Shown: positions 1 to 13,071 of the stretch, piece after piece
How positions within the stretch are numbered: position 1 is the stretch's first letter
Layout: each line of letters opens with the position of its first letter
Origin: Acanthaster planci
Taxonomy: Eukaryota
Assembly: GCF_001949145.1 (NCBI RefSeq)
Contig: NW_019091357.1
Location: forward strand, 3,620,228-3,684,227
Length of the DNA: 64,000 nucleotides
Direction of reading: 5' to 3'
Translations under genes and position numbers: made by a program
The notes under the pieces: model-generated
What the model was told of the DNA's origin: nothing
The model's input: only the letters and a program-made list of their open reading frames with translations
Database searches by the model: none

Positions 1-133
1 TCAGACATCATGGAAAACTACATCACTACAGTTAATAACGTATTAAAAGGAGACAAGCTAAATCCTCTGAAGCCACTCGAACTCACAGTTAAGTTCGTTT
101 CTGACATAAAGGAAGATTCACAAGTTATCTCAC

Positions 134-248
134 CAGTCTTCCAATGAAGGAATCTATCGGAACATTTCTTGCAAAGATAAATGAGACAATAGTAGGCCAT
201 AAAAGGTCGGCGGCCATCTAATTTACACTGATTTGAGCAAAGCAGCAT
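134..248 (-). other. Candidate exon of an unidentified minus-strand gene that continues beyond the left edge
   Basis: Acceptor CTTTTTTATTAG before 248 and donor CTG|GTGAGA after 134. An ATG at 217 gives MAADLLWPTIVSFIFARNVPIDSFIGRL up to the donor. A possible upstream exon ends at 1673 (donor GTGAGT). No homology recognised. Confidence 0.25.
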
Positions 249-927
249 CTAATAAAAAAGCCAGGAAATAATATTACACTGAGCGGAACCCGTGCAAAGA
301 TCAAAGAATGGCAAATAAAACCCTATCGTTCTGTCTTGGAACAATGACTCCAGAACTGACGCGACTAGCTTTTCATTGTGTCAAATGGAAGGGTGGAGAA
401 GGGGAAAAAGAGATGTTTTGCTCCCATCCATGGCGACCTTGGTCTGGGCATAAACTTGAGCTTCTGTCATGCAGTGCAGAGAAGTGGCCATTACGGCGCG
501 CACTTCAATAACGACCGCACCAAAGACATCTCAAGGACGACTTGGAAGAAAGCTTCATTGTCAGAAAACGAATTTCTAAATGGCCTAAACCATGAGTTAA
601 TCAACCTGTCTTCAGCCATGTAGATTCATGACAATCATATGCTGTGAAAGTCGTCGACAGACTCATGTTTATTTTCACAAACACCAAAAAACGGCCAATC
701 ATAAAACCAATAACTAGTCCTGCACGTGCCATTCCAAATTCCTTACATAAACATGTACTCATTCACATAGATACAACAAGAAAATTTAATATCAGATCCA
801 CAAAAACGCCTGACTTAAAAGACTTTCTTCGAGCACATTGAACGGACTGTGTCCAGCCTAAAGCTATAAATCACATGGCGTTTTCTGTTTCCAAGAGACA
901 GGGAGAACAAAAAAGGGAGGAGAAAAA

Positions 928-960
928 ATAGAGAGAGAGAGAGACAGGCAGAGAGACAGA
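928..960. repeat. (GA)n / purine-rich microsatellite
   Basis: agagagagagagagacaggcagagagacaga seen directly. Confidence 0.8.
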
Positions 961-3212
961 ATAAAGAGGCAACATTTGATGCCCAGCTGTTGTCGAATGC
1001 GGGCATCTGATTTAGGCCCTTAGGTTTCGTTTTTATTACAGTCGGGCTCAGTTTACAAGGCTTATACGCAGAGGTTTTGTCTGCTGACTACAGTACAAAT
1101 TGGAATTCGCTGCGATTGCTACTTTGCCCATGATTTTCTTTATTGTTTTTTTTCTCCAACAAAAAGCCGATGGTTGTGTGCACCTTTCCTTCAAATCGAT
1201 GCATTGCCAGCGTATGCTTCCCCACAAAAGGCCATTTACATTATTTGGTAGACTGTCTATAATAGATACCGTACAAGATGGTCAAAACGAGCCTGTGTGA
1301 AAACAATATGGCATTACAACTCGTGCGTCTAAATGTTAATTAAGGCATTGCTATATGAAATAATAGGAATATCAGAAATGCAGGATTTTATTCAACCCAC
1401 GTCTCTACTCATAGCAGGGAAAATGAAAACAATTCTGGCCTATTTATATCTTCAGTCATGAACCGCGTTTCTGATATTCTGGAATCTTTGTAATATTATG
1501 CTTCAGGTATAATATGCACACTCGCTTTCCCCAAGGGTGCAAAACTGCGCGTGTTTGTGAGCCTCTTCTAAGCGCGAATACGCACGCGTCATTAATTCCG
1601 ATGGCATGTAGCCGCTTGAGCATCTTCGGTAATGTTACTGATCGATTTCGTTTTCTCCAAAGGCTCACTCACACCTTGCCTACGTCGTCACACCATACCA
1701 CGACACCTGGGTAGCGGTAGGGAGAACATGAGGGATGTGATTCACACATCGAGGGGGTAGGTAGTATTTAGGGAGAAAAAAACTGAATGTGATCACCGTA
1801 AGTACCCTACAATCTGCAAACAGCACCGTTTTTGTACAACCAACCCGTGACATGATACGCAGTATTCTGTAACCAAACCTGCACCGAATTATACCACAGA
1901 CACCCGGGTGATATGAATTTTACAAGTTTTAGCGTTCTGTACCATCAATTGCGTCATTCTATACTTCCCTAGCGATCGACCAATCACGCAGATAATACGT
2001 CAGTGACCAATAGCCGAACACGAATTATAATGAGCTTTGTGACGCAGATTACGGCAACAAAAATATGTTCCAGCCACTGTCATTTCTTTTGATCAATACG
2101 ACCTACTTTCTCTTGACTCAGGTCCCTGGCGAAGATGCTACACGGATACTGTTTTCAAGAAGGCTTCGAGGATCTCTGTTCAAAATCTGCAACTGTCGTA
2201 GATTAATGAAATGTTACCGGACAAATAGCTGTGTATAGAGTTTAATGGGGGTTTGGTCTTACTTTGAATAAAACATGACTCAGACATCTAATTAGACGGC
2301 AGTGGTAATACAAGTTTTATAAATAGCTGTTATCGTGTCTCACACCACACGTCAACACTCTTTTTGCATAAGCAACGGCAAACGACACGGAAAAGCTGGA
2401 TCCTTGCATTCAAGTACCCAATGCGTATCAGGTTTTCTAAATTTATCATCACTTAATTGACTTAAGAGATACTTAGGACCAGCGACCAGGCCTAGCAGTA
2501 AGCACCAAATTTCGTGCTCTTAAAAATAACTCCTGCTTCGATGCACCCGTTTACACCTTGTGCAACCAATATGTGTATCATATACCTAGAATCAGTTGCC
2601 TCTTGGGCAGGTGTACAATTTGCCACCGTAAGAGGGCGCTGTGGCCTTGTAGCTTCTAATCGGATAGTCTACACACATCGGAAAAAAGTCGTTGAGTGCT
2701 GGATGGATAAGGTTATTTAGATGTTAGAATTGGCTCCATTTTTACTGTAAATTCAGATTAGATGAATAGTACATGTTCAAGCGATTAGGTCAGTGTCCTT
2801 TTGACACAAAACGCAATAGATGTGTCCATGTGTTTTTTCCCGCCACAATCTTCTAAACGTTTCTTTTCAAGCATTCGGCCCTTTGGGAATATCACTTTGT
2901 GTCAGTTCTCCGGTCTTCGTGTCGAGTTACCTGCCGAAAACCAACAAACAAAACCACCACCCACGTCACAGAACGCGACACTCCACTTCGACTGGGGGAT
3001 TGAGGCGATAAATTCTCTGGGAAATGAGCGATTGCAGCGGCAGAGGACGACCCAGAGAATGACCTCTCGCACGGGCGGCCACCAATGACAGCGCAATTAT
3101 ACCCCGTGGTGCAGCTGGCAAGAAAGGTGTAGTCGTTCCAATTTTAAGTGGGTTCCAATTTGCAAGGACGGTTTTAAGACGCCCTTTTTGAACGTCAATT
3201 CACACATGTAGT

Positions 3213-3463
3213 ACTTAACAGCGCTTACCACCATACAAATAATCTAGGAGCGCTTTATAGTTGCTACCCCGCTGGGAAGACCAGTCGGCAGTATCAGCGC
3301 ACATTGTCTCTGTCCTCACAGGTACCCACTTTGAACCCATACACACCAGAGTGGAGGGAGTAAAGTTGGGATACAGTGACTTGCCCTAGGTCACAACATG
3401 TTGCTGACAGCTGGATGTGAACCTCTGATCGGGAATCACAAAGCTGTGACAACTTCTGCCACA
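3213..3463 (-). mobile_element. Degenerate tRNA-derived SINE
   Basis: The minus strand has a tRNA-like head (TGTGGCAGAAGTTG...GAGGTTCACATCC), a central GTGACCTAGGGCAAGTCACT motif like the conserved CORE-type SINE domain, GGGTACCTG, and a 3' tail with AAGCGCT motifs like L2-related SINE tails. The family is assigned by motif resemblance only. Confidence 0.65.
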
Positions 3464-5859
3464 AACCGGCTTCGAGGCATTAGGCCTCGCAAATCCGATA
3501 TTGCGCATTATAGCATTTCATCTGGGTCCGAAGTGCTTTCAGTCTGAAGAGTTACATCTCTGTGAATGGTGAGGAGACAACTTTTGTGTTGGGTAAAAAC
3601 ATTGTGATGTTGGGGGGAAAAGGAAGACTAAACAAAAAAATAGTTCGTAAAAGTTGAGCTAGTTAATGACAAGGCTTTAATCATTTAGATCTATCATTTG
3701 TACACTTGCATAATATATTACCTATAACACACACAGGAAAATAAAAATATGAAATATTCATAGTTCTACTAAGGGTTAAGATTTCTTTAAACGCCTCGCC
3801 TGCATTGGATTAAGTAAAACTGAAATAAGCCCCCCCAACCAAAAAAACCCAAAAATTCTGAACATCGTTCGAAAGACGCCTGACGAAAATCAAAATTCAG
3901 TTTTGACCCTTTCAGCCAGGTCTAACAGGCTTGGTTTTTATGCTGACTCCACACTCTATCCCTTGACATACATAAATCATATTACCTACGCTAAAGTCAT
4001 TATCCTTCAGTTTCGTCTGCACACTTGAATCGAACTCTCCCAAAAGCGCGTCAAGACTGGATAGGAAAAGTTCAAGAATACGAAAAAAAATCAAGCGGGA
4101 ACTCATTAAATCACGGTAAGGGAAACGCTCACTTCAGAATGGAGACTCAGAGGCCCCTGGATGGTGTGAAAAAGTGATTAAAAAGTCCGTGCATCGCTAT
4201 GCGCTATACGTCAGCCATGCTGTTGAGGGCCATGGAGTACAACACTCTAGTGACGTCACCAGGCCAGCGTGTATTTCATTCTGAAAAAAGGTGTTTGTGG
4301 TCACAGCTTATGCAAAGAATTGTGCATCATACAAATGGTCATTTTTGAGCCAAAATAGCCACATCCGCAACGCATTTTTCCTTTTTCACATCCTTTTTTT
4401 GTTAGTGCATTTGTGCACTGACTGGGCCCATGGCGCCTTCAGTCATTCGCCCTCGCTAGTCTAAGCCGGTGGCTAGCCCCTGGTTGGCATCCACCGTCAT
4501 TAAAGTGGAAGCTGAGTTCACGGGCTATAATTTTTGGATGGGCAGCCATTCCTCAGAGTTGGTTTGCTCGAGCAAAACGAAAGCGACAGGGGTATGAATT
4601 ACGCTCTTGTAAATACGAATCCGGCTTTAATGAAGGATGCTATATAAACAGTGGCGGATTTATTGTCTCTTTTGGTTAACTGAACGAGCAAACAGACCCG
4701 AATCTGACCCGACAGATAATCACAACAGAAGGGACCTCATGATGTTAAAAAGAAGTACCAAAAATGCAATCCCTTAGATGTCTTCGTATTTCAAGGCGGT
4801 CACTGACGAGCGAATTAGCATAGAAGAGCATGGAAGCTTATACGTGTATATTAATTTATACGCGTACTAGAAGATAACCACAAAATGAAAAAAATATAAA
4901 GAAAATCAATCTGAGCTATATTTAATTTCATTTGCTATGAAAAGCTGTATTAGTTCGTGGGTATGACGGATTTGTACGTTATTTTGTTCAGATGTTTGTT
5001 TGCTTGGTCTTAACCCAAAATCTCCCCGAGAAGCATATGCATTTAAGTGCATGCTCGCATTTATTCACATCGATTTTTTAAATCTTAAAACTAAGCACCA
5101 ACAAAACCACCAGAAGATCCCCAGGAGCTCAATGCAAACGTGAACAGTTCCTTCAACTGCCCTGCAAATTACATGAACATAGTCCACGACATATCTGAAG
5201 CGTCCGCAAGCGCCAGGAATAAAAAAGGACAAAACTGTGGCGCATGGCCTTGATCTCCCAAAGGTGAATCAACTCTTTGGCCATAATCGTTTACCTCTCC
5301 GTCCATTAGCTCATACAGAAAATTATGCATAACTGTCTTACATCGCTGCGTTTGATCATATTTTGATTTCCGATCGATTAGCAACCAGCCAAGTGAAAAC
5401 TCTGTAATTAATTTTTCTCCCACTTATTTAAAAAAAAAGATTTCATGAAGAAGTTAGCGGATACCATTGATTAAGTCAGGCCTTTAAGCAAAATTGAACT
5501 CTCCGGGTGCCACTCGTTTAACAGTCATTGCAGACTCTATGTACACATATTAACAACAGTCTTGATGTATGTCATTCGGTGGCTACGTAAAGAGATTACT
5601 GAAGGTGTAGGCCTATAACATTCCCGTGCAGATCTCTCAGCAAGTCACAACTCCCCGAAACACCAGTATGGCAAGTGTGCGAGTACCGACACCACACTAG
5701 TGTTTTTTTATTTACTATTGCCCACCAAAATGCTACTGATTCACAAAACACTAACCTTTACGGTCGAGTTTACTGACGCGCTAAAATATTTCTAACTTTG
5801 CAATTACAAGATTTCGGGTAGTTTGTACCGTATTACGAAACGTCAAGGTGAAAAATATT

Positions 5860-5903
5860 TAGCAAATGCATTTAAATAACGTAGCAAATGCATTTAAATA
5901 ACG
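5860..5903. repeat. Perfect 22-bp tandem duplication
   Basis: TAGCAAATGCATTTAAATAACG occurs twice in a row. Confidence 0.9.
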
Positions 5904-8900
5904 TGGTAAATACTTCCTAGCGGTTGTTAGAAGAAAGATTATGTTTTAAGTGGCGGGACAAATTCCTCAAAAACCCACACGACCGAGACACGCTTCCTGC
6001 GAATATTACGAAAACGGTCAAGCATATGCTATTTAACTTGCATTGCATGCCTTTGGTGACCAGGTTAATTACATTTTGCCAGTTTTCGTCACCAAAATGT
6101 TTCATCGCTTTTGTTTTCAATACAAGAAAGCACTAATACACGTTAAGATGGAAACTGCACAGCGGTCTTGAAAAAAATGCCTTGAAATTTTACGCGGTAT
6201 TTGGCCCTTGGTAAATTGGGTATCGATGACTGTCTTTGGTGTCAATTGACGACTTCTTGGACCATAGGATGAGATGCACCTTGAGGAATGCAGGGGAAAA
6301 ATGGAATTTGATGACAAAGGAGAAAGAAACAGGAGAGCAAAAACGGACGCTAGGCGCCATTTTGATTCGATTAGCTTTTAATACCGAGACTCTTAAGTGC
6401 CCGTCCACAATTTCCAGTCAGCCCCACGCGTACTGATACTCGGATCGCATTTTTTAAGGAGTAGCTCACGCGAGAGAGGAATTTAATTTTGTGGTTGAAA
6501 ACTGACTGTCTTGGCATTTCGACAAAATACATCATCTTGAATTTTGCATATGCATACATGTTTCCACAGTACAGTGGTCAAACAGGACGGATCAGTAGAA
6601 CAACATGGCACGTTGAACGAACCCAACTTTCGCTTGGCATTTCCCCTTTCTGAGGCACAAATATATATATATAAGTGGTGGGTAGTCGAAATGTGTAAAC
6701 TTAAGAGAGTCCCATCATTTTGTCACAATCTGATTGTGTGTGAATGGAGCATACATATATGAGTTTGATTTCAGCGATTAGCTTTCTCATAATTCAAATT
6801 TCACTTCTCTCTGTCACATATGTAAAAGTAGGACATCTTACGTTCGTCATGGGGGAATACATTTAAATCACAGTCTGTGTTGTTTTTTTAAATTTAAATA
6901 CCCCATCTGACCTTTTCAAGCGCTTAAATTTCATGTCTGTCGAACAGGATTAAAAACACACTATTTCCACATTTTACTTATACCTCACGTTGCATTTCAT
7001 GGTTCATGCATGCGTCGTGCATCATCCCCTTTACAGTTTCATTCAGTCAGTTGTAGTACATATCGGAAATTTACACAGTTTCATTTTCATTTGGCTTCAT
7101 ATAAATTATTAATGCAAATTTCCTATGAACAGAATAAACAAGGAAAAGCTTTGGCGACACACTCAGTGCTTAAGAATTTAAAAATTAATTGAAGAATAGC
7201 ATCAACTGCCGAATGGTAAATCTCTGAACTGATATGACGTCTTCATGCGCTTTACTACGGTCGCACATCCTTTTAAACCAACTAGGGCTCCTAATGCACG
7301 AAAACAACCTCAATTTGCTCTCAGAGAAGCCTTGCACACGTCGAAACGTAATACGTTCGGAAAACACACGAGAAATTTACGCCAGAGGGCCAAAAACCGT
7401 GCACGATTTAAATCGCTGCGGCACGGACTGAACACCGAACATATAACGCCAGAATGAAATACAATACAATTTCTACACAAAGAAATTAATTATAAGTGGG
7501 AAACAGCTACGAAAAACACAAATGCTTTAGTCACTCGAGGCCACTGACCTCGATAAGCGTATGTACATGAATTTAGTCCCCTTTGAGTGTGAGCAGGAAA
7601 TTAAGGAAAGATTACAGGTTTGAACCGAGATGGAAATGAAGGTGCTATCGTGTAGAGACATCGGCAATAAACCAAACTCGTGCTGTGAAAATGAGATAAT
7701 CATCAGTGCAATGAATGTGGTGGACTTCTCGCTGGTTGGGGGGCTGGCAGCCCATCTTGGTTATTCATGGGAAATACAAGGTGATTACATGTTATATGTA
7801 TACAAAAGCTTCTCAAGAATTCCACATCCAACTCTCATATAATGCTTGTGCATTTTCATTGAATATAAAAATTCACAGCATCTGTTTAATTTACCGTATC
7901 ACCATGTCTTCACAAATGACTTCCTCTCAAGTCCAAAAGAGTCTTTAATCGTAAAATATAATTTGTGGTTTGATAAAGACTGTACTCGACTGCGTTGTAG
8001 TATACTAACTGCTGAGCTCGTGACATTTTGAAAATGTAGTTTTCTCTGAACGTGAAAATTCGGATGTTATATACGACGATGGAGAAGATCTTCAAACTGT
8101 TCATATACATGCACGTGTAATTCAGTTCAGAGTGGATCAATTATAATACTGCCGTCTCCCTTGTGGGAATTGTGCATAGTATGATGCAGTCGTATTTACC
8201 AAATCCGATTATATTCCGTTGAATAATGCAAAATGCTAATGCTCAGCGCTGACTCTTCTTCGTTTTTTAGTCCTCAAAGAATCGCGTTGATTCCCTGCGC
8301 ACGCCAGACACATAACACCCTGCCATCCTCCTGTTTCATGAATGCGGGCAACCGGGTGCCTCTTGTTGGATGTGTGGCCGGTACGCCAACGCGTTTGACC
8401 TGGGGGCGTTCTTGTGTCTTCTGTCACGGGCAAGCCTGCTTGCATGCAGCGCTCGCAAGTTCTTAAACCTCTCCCCCCCCGCCCACGCGTGCCTAGATTA
8501 TGGAAATTCAGTAAAGCGTTTCAAACAAAGGGAAAAACGGAGAGAAGAAATACAATTGAAGAAATGAAACAAGAAGCAGCATGAAGTGAGGGGGAAAATT
8601 CAATCTGCGTTACATGATAGGCCTAGATGATTTCTTGAGAACGCAAAAAAATATACCTCAGAGAGGTATTTTCCAACTGTGGTAAGGCACCATGCCTACA
8701 CGTATTTAATGCCACTAATTAATTCAAGGCAAAACCTGCTGAAGACAAGGCTGAAACATGATAATAAGTTGGGATACTAATGTCAATTTACGACCGCGAT
8801 CCCCTTGTGTACTTCAAACTTAATACAACCGACAGGATAACAGTATAGGACGCTTACATCTCGTGGGAACAAGATGGTGATGAGAGGCTTCTACTTTGGC

Positions 8901-9628
8901 CTCTATTATGTTATAATAACTATGCATAGCTTGCATAGTTTTAAATCTCTGCCATATTTTAAATTTCGAAGAGTTATTTATAATTAACAGCCTTACCCAT
9001 ACAGTATTTTGGTCATATGTTGGATGAAATTACACTATTTTTTTAAGTAAAAGTCTCTCTTTGAAAATCTGACATCCAAAATCTACCACTAACCCTACCC
9101 CGTTGGGTATATGTAAAATCATATTGAACCATCCAAACTCAAAATAAGGAAGTGCTTAATACAGCACTTCATACAAAGTGATCGCCTCACGCCTTCAAAT
9201 TAGTAGCATCAACAAGAACAACGAAAGATCCACTGGTATGATGATAACAACTATACTACATTTAACAAAGTTCTGTACAATTTATAACCCTAAAAATACC
9301 CAATTTTAATGTAGCATGACAAACTTAACGCAAGAGAAATGGATCAGTGAGCCCAAATTCTTTAAAACCAGACACCAAGATTGGGGATATATCTAATGAA
9401 CGTGAAATTAGGAATTTTAATTACTAAGTCAAAACGGTGTGATCACCGATTGGCGATGAGGTGAAGACAGTATTATCAATCAGAAAAATGAAGGATTTTG
9501 CATCATACAAAATCCAATTGTACAAAAAGTGTCAAACATTAACATCGCTTGGTGGCGCGATGTGCTTGATGCGAAATTTGGCAAAAAATGCAACATTTTC
9601 CCAATCACTTGAGGGCGCAACTGTATAC

Positions 9629-9844
9629 AACAGAGGTTTTTCATGTGGCGTAACATGACTGGCATTCCAGGAAGCGTACCATGTCTGTGGGGGCATGTGC
9701 ATTTTCGAATCTGGGTATTTCTACTGGCGATTTCACGTACACCAGAATGGCGAGAGACGTCGAAAAGGCCCGCATTTCCACACGCATCTGTGTAACTACA
9801 TTGAACGGTCTCCGCCAAAAATCACGTGACTGAAAATCCTCTAT
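9629..9844. mobile_element. Degenerate TIR element (MITE-like)
   Basis: The left end CAGAGGTTTTTCA resembles the reverse complement of the right end (TAGAGGATTTTCAGTCACGTG). The match is imperfect. Confidence 0.35.
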
Positions 9845-11895
9845 ATCATAATTTACATTATCTAAGAACTTCAGGAGTTCAGCTTCCGTTTAATAGGCCC
9901 CAGAAGCTTAAAGCAAACGCACCTGTGACCAAATTGATACTTTGACATGACTACTGTTCTTATTCTACTGAAACCAATACACTCGCCCGTACGAATGATC
10001 AATTACTTCTGCGGAAAACTCTAGCTGAAAAGTATTTACTGCAACTCATCGGCCTCACACAGAAAGACGACGTTTGTCCACCCCAAGACAAGCAAGACTA
10101 CCAATCTAGTCACCCTTGCTACTCATACTCCTTGGCTGCCCGCCACACACTTGGAACAAAGGTGCCTAGTTTTTAAATGTATAGGAAGTAAAGATAAGCC
10201 AAGAGAGGGCGCATTTTTCCGAGCAATAGAGGCTAGTTTGGTGAGAAATGCATTTCGCTGGTTCACGAACGACTATGAAATGTACACGTTACGGTCGTGT
10301 CGCTACAAAAAAGTGAATACTCCTCACCAACATGGCCCTTGTCAACCCGATGAGGGAGTGAGAGAAAAACCGCGGCATTGTCGTTATGACGGTGCAGCGG
10401 CCAGCGGCTGGCAGCCTGCACTTTTAACGATCTAATGACGGGAAATCGAATTTGTAAGCCAAGTTGAGCGAATGAAATCGATTCGGTAAAATCCACCTGC
10501 GGGCCTGGCTGGCAAATTGAAGATTTACCATTTTTCACTTTGATTTGTATTCTCATACTCTTTACCTGTTATGACGGATATCGGATAGGCTTCGTATTTC
10601 TGACAACGTAGCTTCAAAAGTTCAATCTGTTTAAGAAAGCGCGATGAACCATCTTGTTCGTTATGAATCTTTTCTTCGTATTCCATGAGGGCAAAGAAAG
10701 TACACTGTCTTAAGAGCTATAGCTTAACCTATATGTATATATAATTAACAAGAAATGTGTATTATGGACAATTTTGAGAAGGTCAGTTGCTGATCACCAC
10801 ATTGTCGTTAGTGTAAGCTGAATACGGGATGAACAAAGTAATACAAAATGTACACTGCACTACCCAAAATGCCAACGTGATCCATCCTTTATAAAATAAT
10901 TTTCACGACACACTTATTTTCAAAATTATTTCACTGCGCATTAGATTGCTACATTCTTGATTTCAAAACATAATTTGAAGCCCAAGGAATGGATTAAGCC
11001 AACTTGATATCAGATGCCAAAAGTTCAGCCAAAGTATGTAGACACGAACATACATGTAAGTAGGTCTTGACATAAACACCACACTAATAATAAGGCACAA
11101 CGGACCAGCGAAGCACAGAGGAATCCTCGGCAGAGCACTCGTCAAAGCAATGCGGCTCACATCAGGCCCAGTGGCCGCTGCTGGCATTTCACGGAGGACC
11201 GCTCCAGTAGCGATGATTTAATCATGGCCGTACCGTGGGCAGGTGCGAGGCCCTCGTCTATCGAATTAACCCTCGCGGTGGGCTGCACGGCGTATTACGC
11301 TCCGCGGATCTCATGCCAATCCCTCATTGATTTTTTTCTGTTTTGATTTGTTTTTAGGGCCTCGCTGTCAGGGCTTTGAGGGTGGCTTTTTGATGTTTGG
11401 ATGGTGATTTCTCACCATTCGTTTATCTGTGTTCGCTATGATGGTGGGACATTGCCATACAGCCGTTTAGATGTGGTTTTGCCAACATCGATAAGAATAT
11501 TTTCAGGCATCAACACAATTCTTTTCACGACGCAGATGTGTTTACAATGCATGGGATTTCCAGGTGACCCGATCAATGTATGCGACAACCAGACAACAGT
11601 GTTCATGCGTGCCCGTCTGAAGAAAAATAGCATTAACGCTAAGAGGTACCGCACAACATTATTGAAGACAATCCACCAGAGGGCGCCAGAGGTTCACATA
11701 ATTTGTGTCCACAAAAAAGCACTCGTATCACAAATAGTAAATTCGATTTCCAAGCTAGTCTTAGGTCATCCCTACATTAAAATTAGCACACGACATCCAC
11801 AGTAAGAGAATGGGAAAAATGGCAACTTGACTGTGTTGCAGTGGAAATCACGGACGTATATTAAAAAAACCTGGACTTGCAACGCCTTTGTATGA

Positions 11896-12051
11896 AATAG
11901 AAGCCAACCAGCGGCCATTTTACCGAGCCGAATACAAATGCGAGGGTTGGCTCGCTACCATTGACGCCAGGGAGAACAAAGGCGGGCATTGCTGGGCAAG
12001 CTTTGTATTCGGCTCGGTAAAATGGCTGCTAGTGGATTCAATGATCTCTAT
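11896..12051. mobile_element. Palindromic MITE-like element
   Basis: Arms 11909-11938 (CAGCGGCCATTTTACCGAGCCGAATACAAA) and 12002-12031 are reverse complements at 28/30 positions. Outer ends read ATAG...CTAT. Confidence 0.7.
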
Positions 12052-12219
12052 AAGCTGATCAAGGGCATTGCGAGTCCAGATTTTTTTATATACGTCCGTG
12101 GTGGAAATGTTAAACAGGGCGCAATAAGCCTGAGCGCTAAGATGCGGAGCAAAGGCTGCGCAGCCTCACCGCTCTATTCAGGAATGGAAGATTACAGTTG
12201 GGTTGTCGGAGAGAAATTT

Positions 12220-12482
12220 AATAGACCGATTGCGCCCGCTAAGTCACGTAACAAACAGTGGGTATTACATATCACAAACACGGCTCCCGCCAAAAGCGAA
12301 GTGTTTCACAAGTATCATTTACCAAACATAAAGCCGACGGAAGGTACCGTACTCAGACTATTGATGTGCTGGGCACTATACCATAACTTGGCGGTACTGT
12401 TTGTAAAAACACTTAAAACACGTTGCTACGGGGTTGATACCCACTATAGGTCATGTGATTTAGCGAGCGCGATCGGTCTATT
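12220..12482. mobile_element. MITE with ~30-bp terminal inverted repeats
   Basis: Left end AATAGACCGATTGCGCCCGCTAAGTCACGT; reverse complement of the right end AATAGACCGATCGCGCTCGCTAAATCACAT. Confidence 0.75.
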
Positions 12483-12895
12483 ACTCCACCGTACAAACCT
12501 TGTCATTAATTGTGCCAGACCGATGTAGCACCTTCTGAACGTGTCCGGCCTACCAGAGAGTGTTAGAATTGACGACTTGTTAATCGTCAATAGCGCCGCC
12601 ACTGCGACGGGATGGTACCATAGACATACAAATGCTTTTACATGCCTAGGGATGGCTCTGCCTGTCCTACTACACAAATGTCAGTTTCAAACAAACGAGG
12701 GCGCTCTCGCCTAAAGTAAGTCAGAGCCATGGAGATCATTATAGCAAAACTTGAGACGGCAGGCCTTTTCTGTTACGTTCCGCAAATTTGGCCGGGGGGG
12801 TAGACATGTTTGACTACGCTGCAATGTTAATGTGCACGCCTTTACGCGCACCCAGTCCGGTCCGTATTCTGCTCGTGTGAAGCTTTTTTCCTATC

Positions 12896-13071
12896 AATAC
12901 GGCTGTTTCACAATAGTGCGCCACCAAGAGTTTGCAACGCGTTGGCCAATCACAATGCGCGGAATTTGTCGACCCATTGCGCGTTTGGAAAGGGTCGACA
13001 AAGTTCACGCGTTCTGATTGGCCAATTTGTTGCAAACTCTTGGTGGCGCACTATTGTGAATCGCTCGTATT
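12896..13071. mobile_element. Fully palindromic ~175-bp MITE, copy 1
   Basis: The whole element folds back on itself (TTCACAATAGTGCGCCACCAAGAGTTTGCAAC...GTTGCAAACTCTTGGTGGCGCACTATTGTGAA). A homologous copy is at 48948-49122. Confidence 0.88.

Noticed and set aside
11989..12528. 179-aa ORF
   Set aside because: It starts at TTG, crosses two MITEs and has no recognisable domain.
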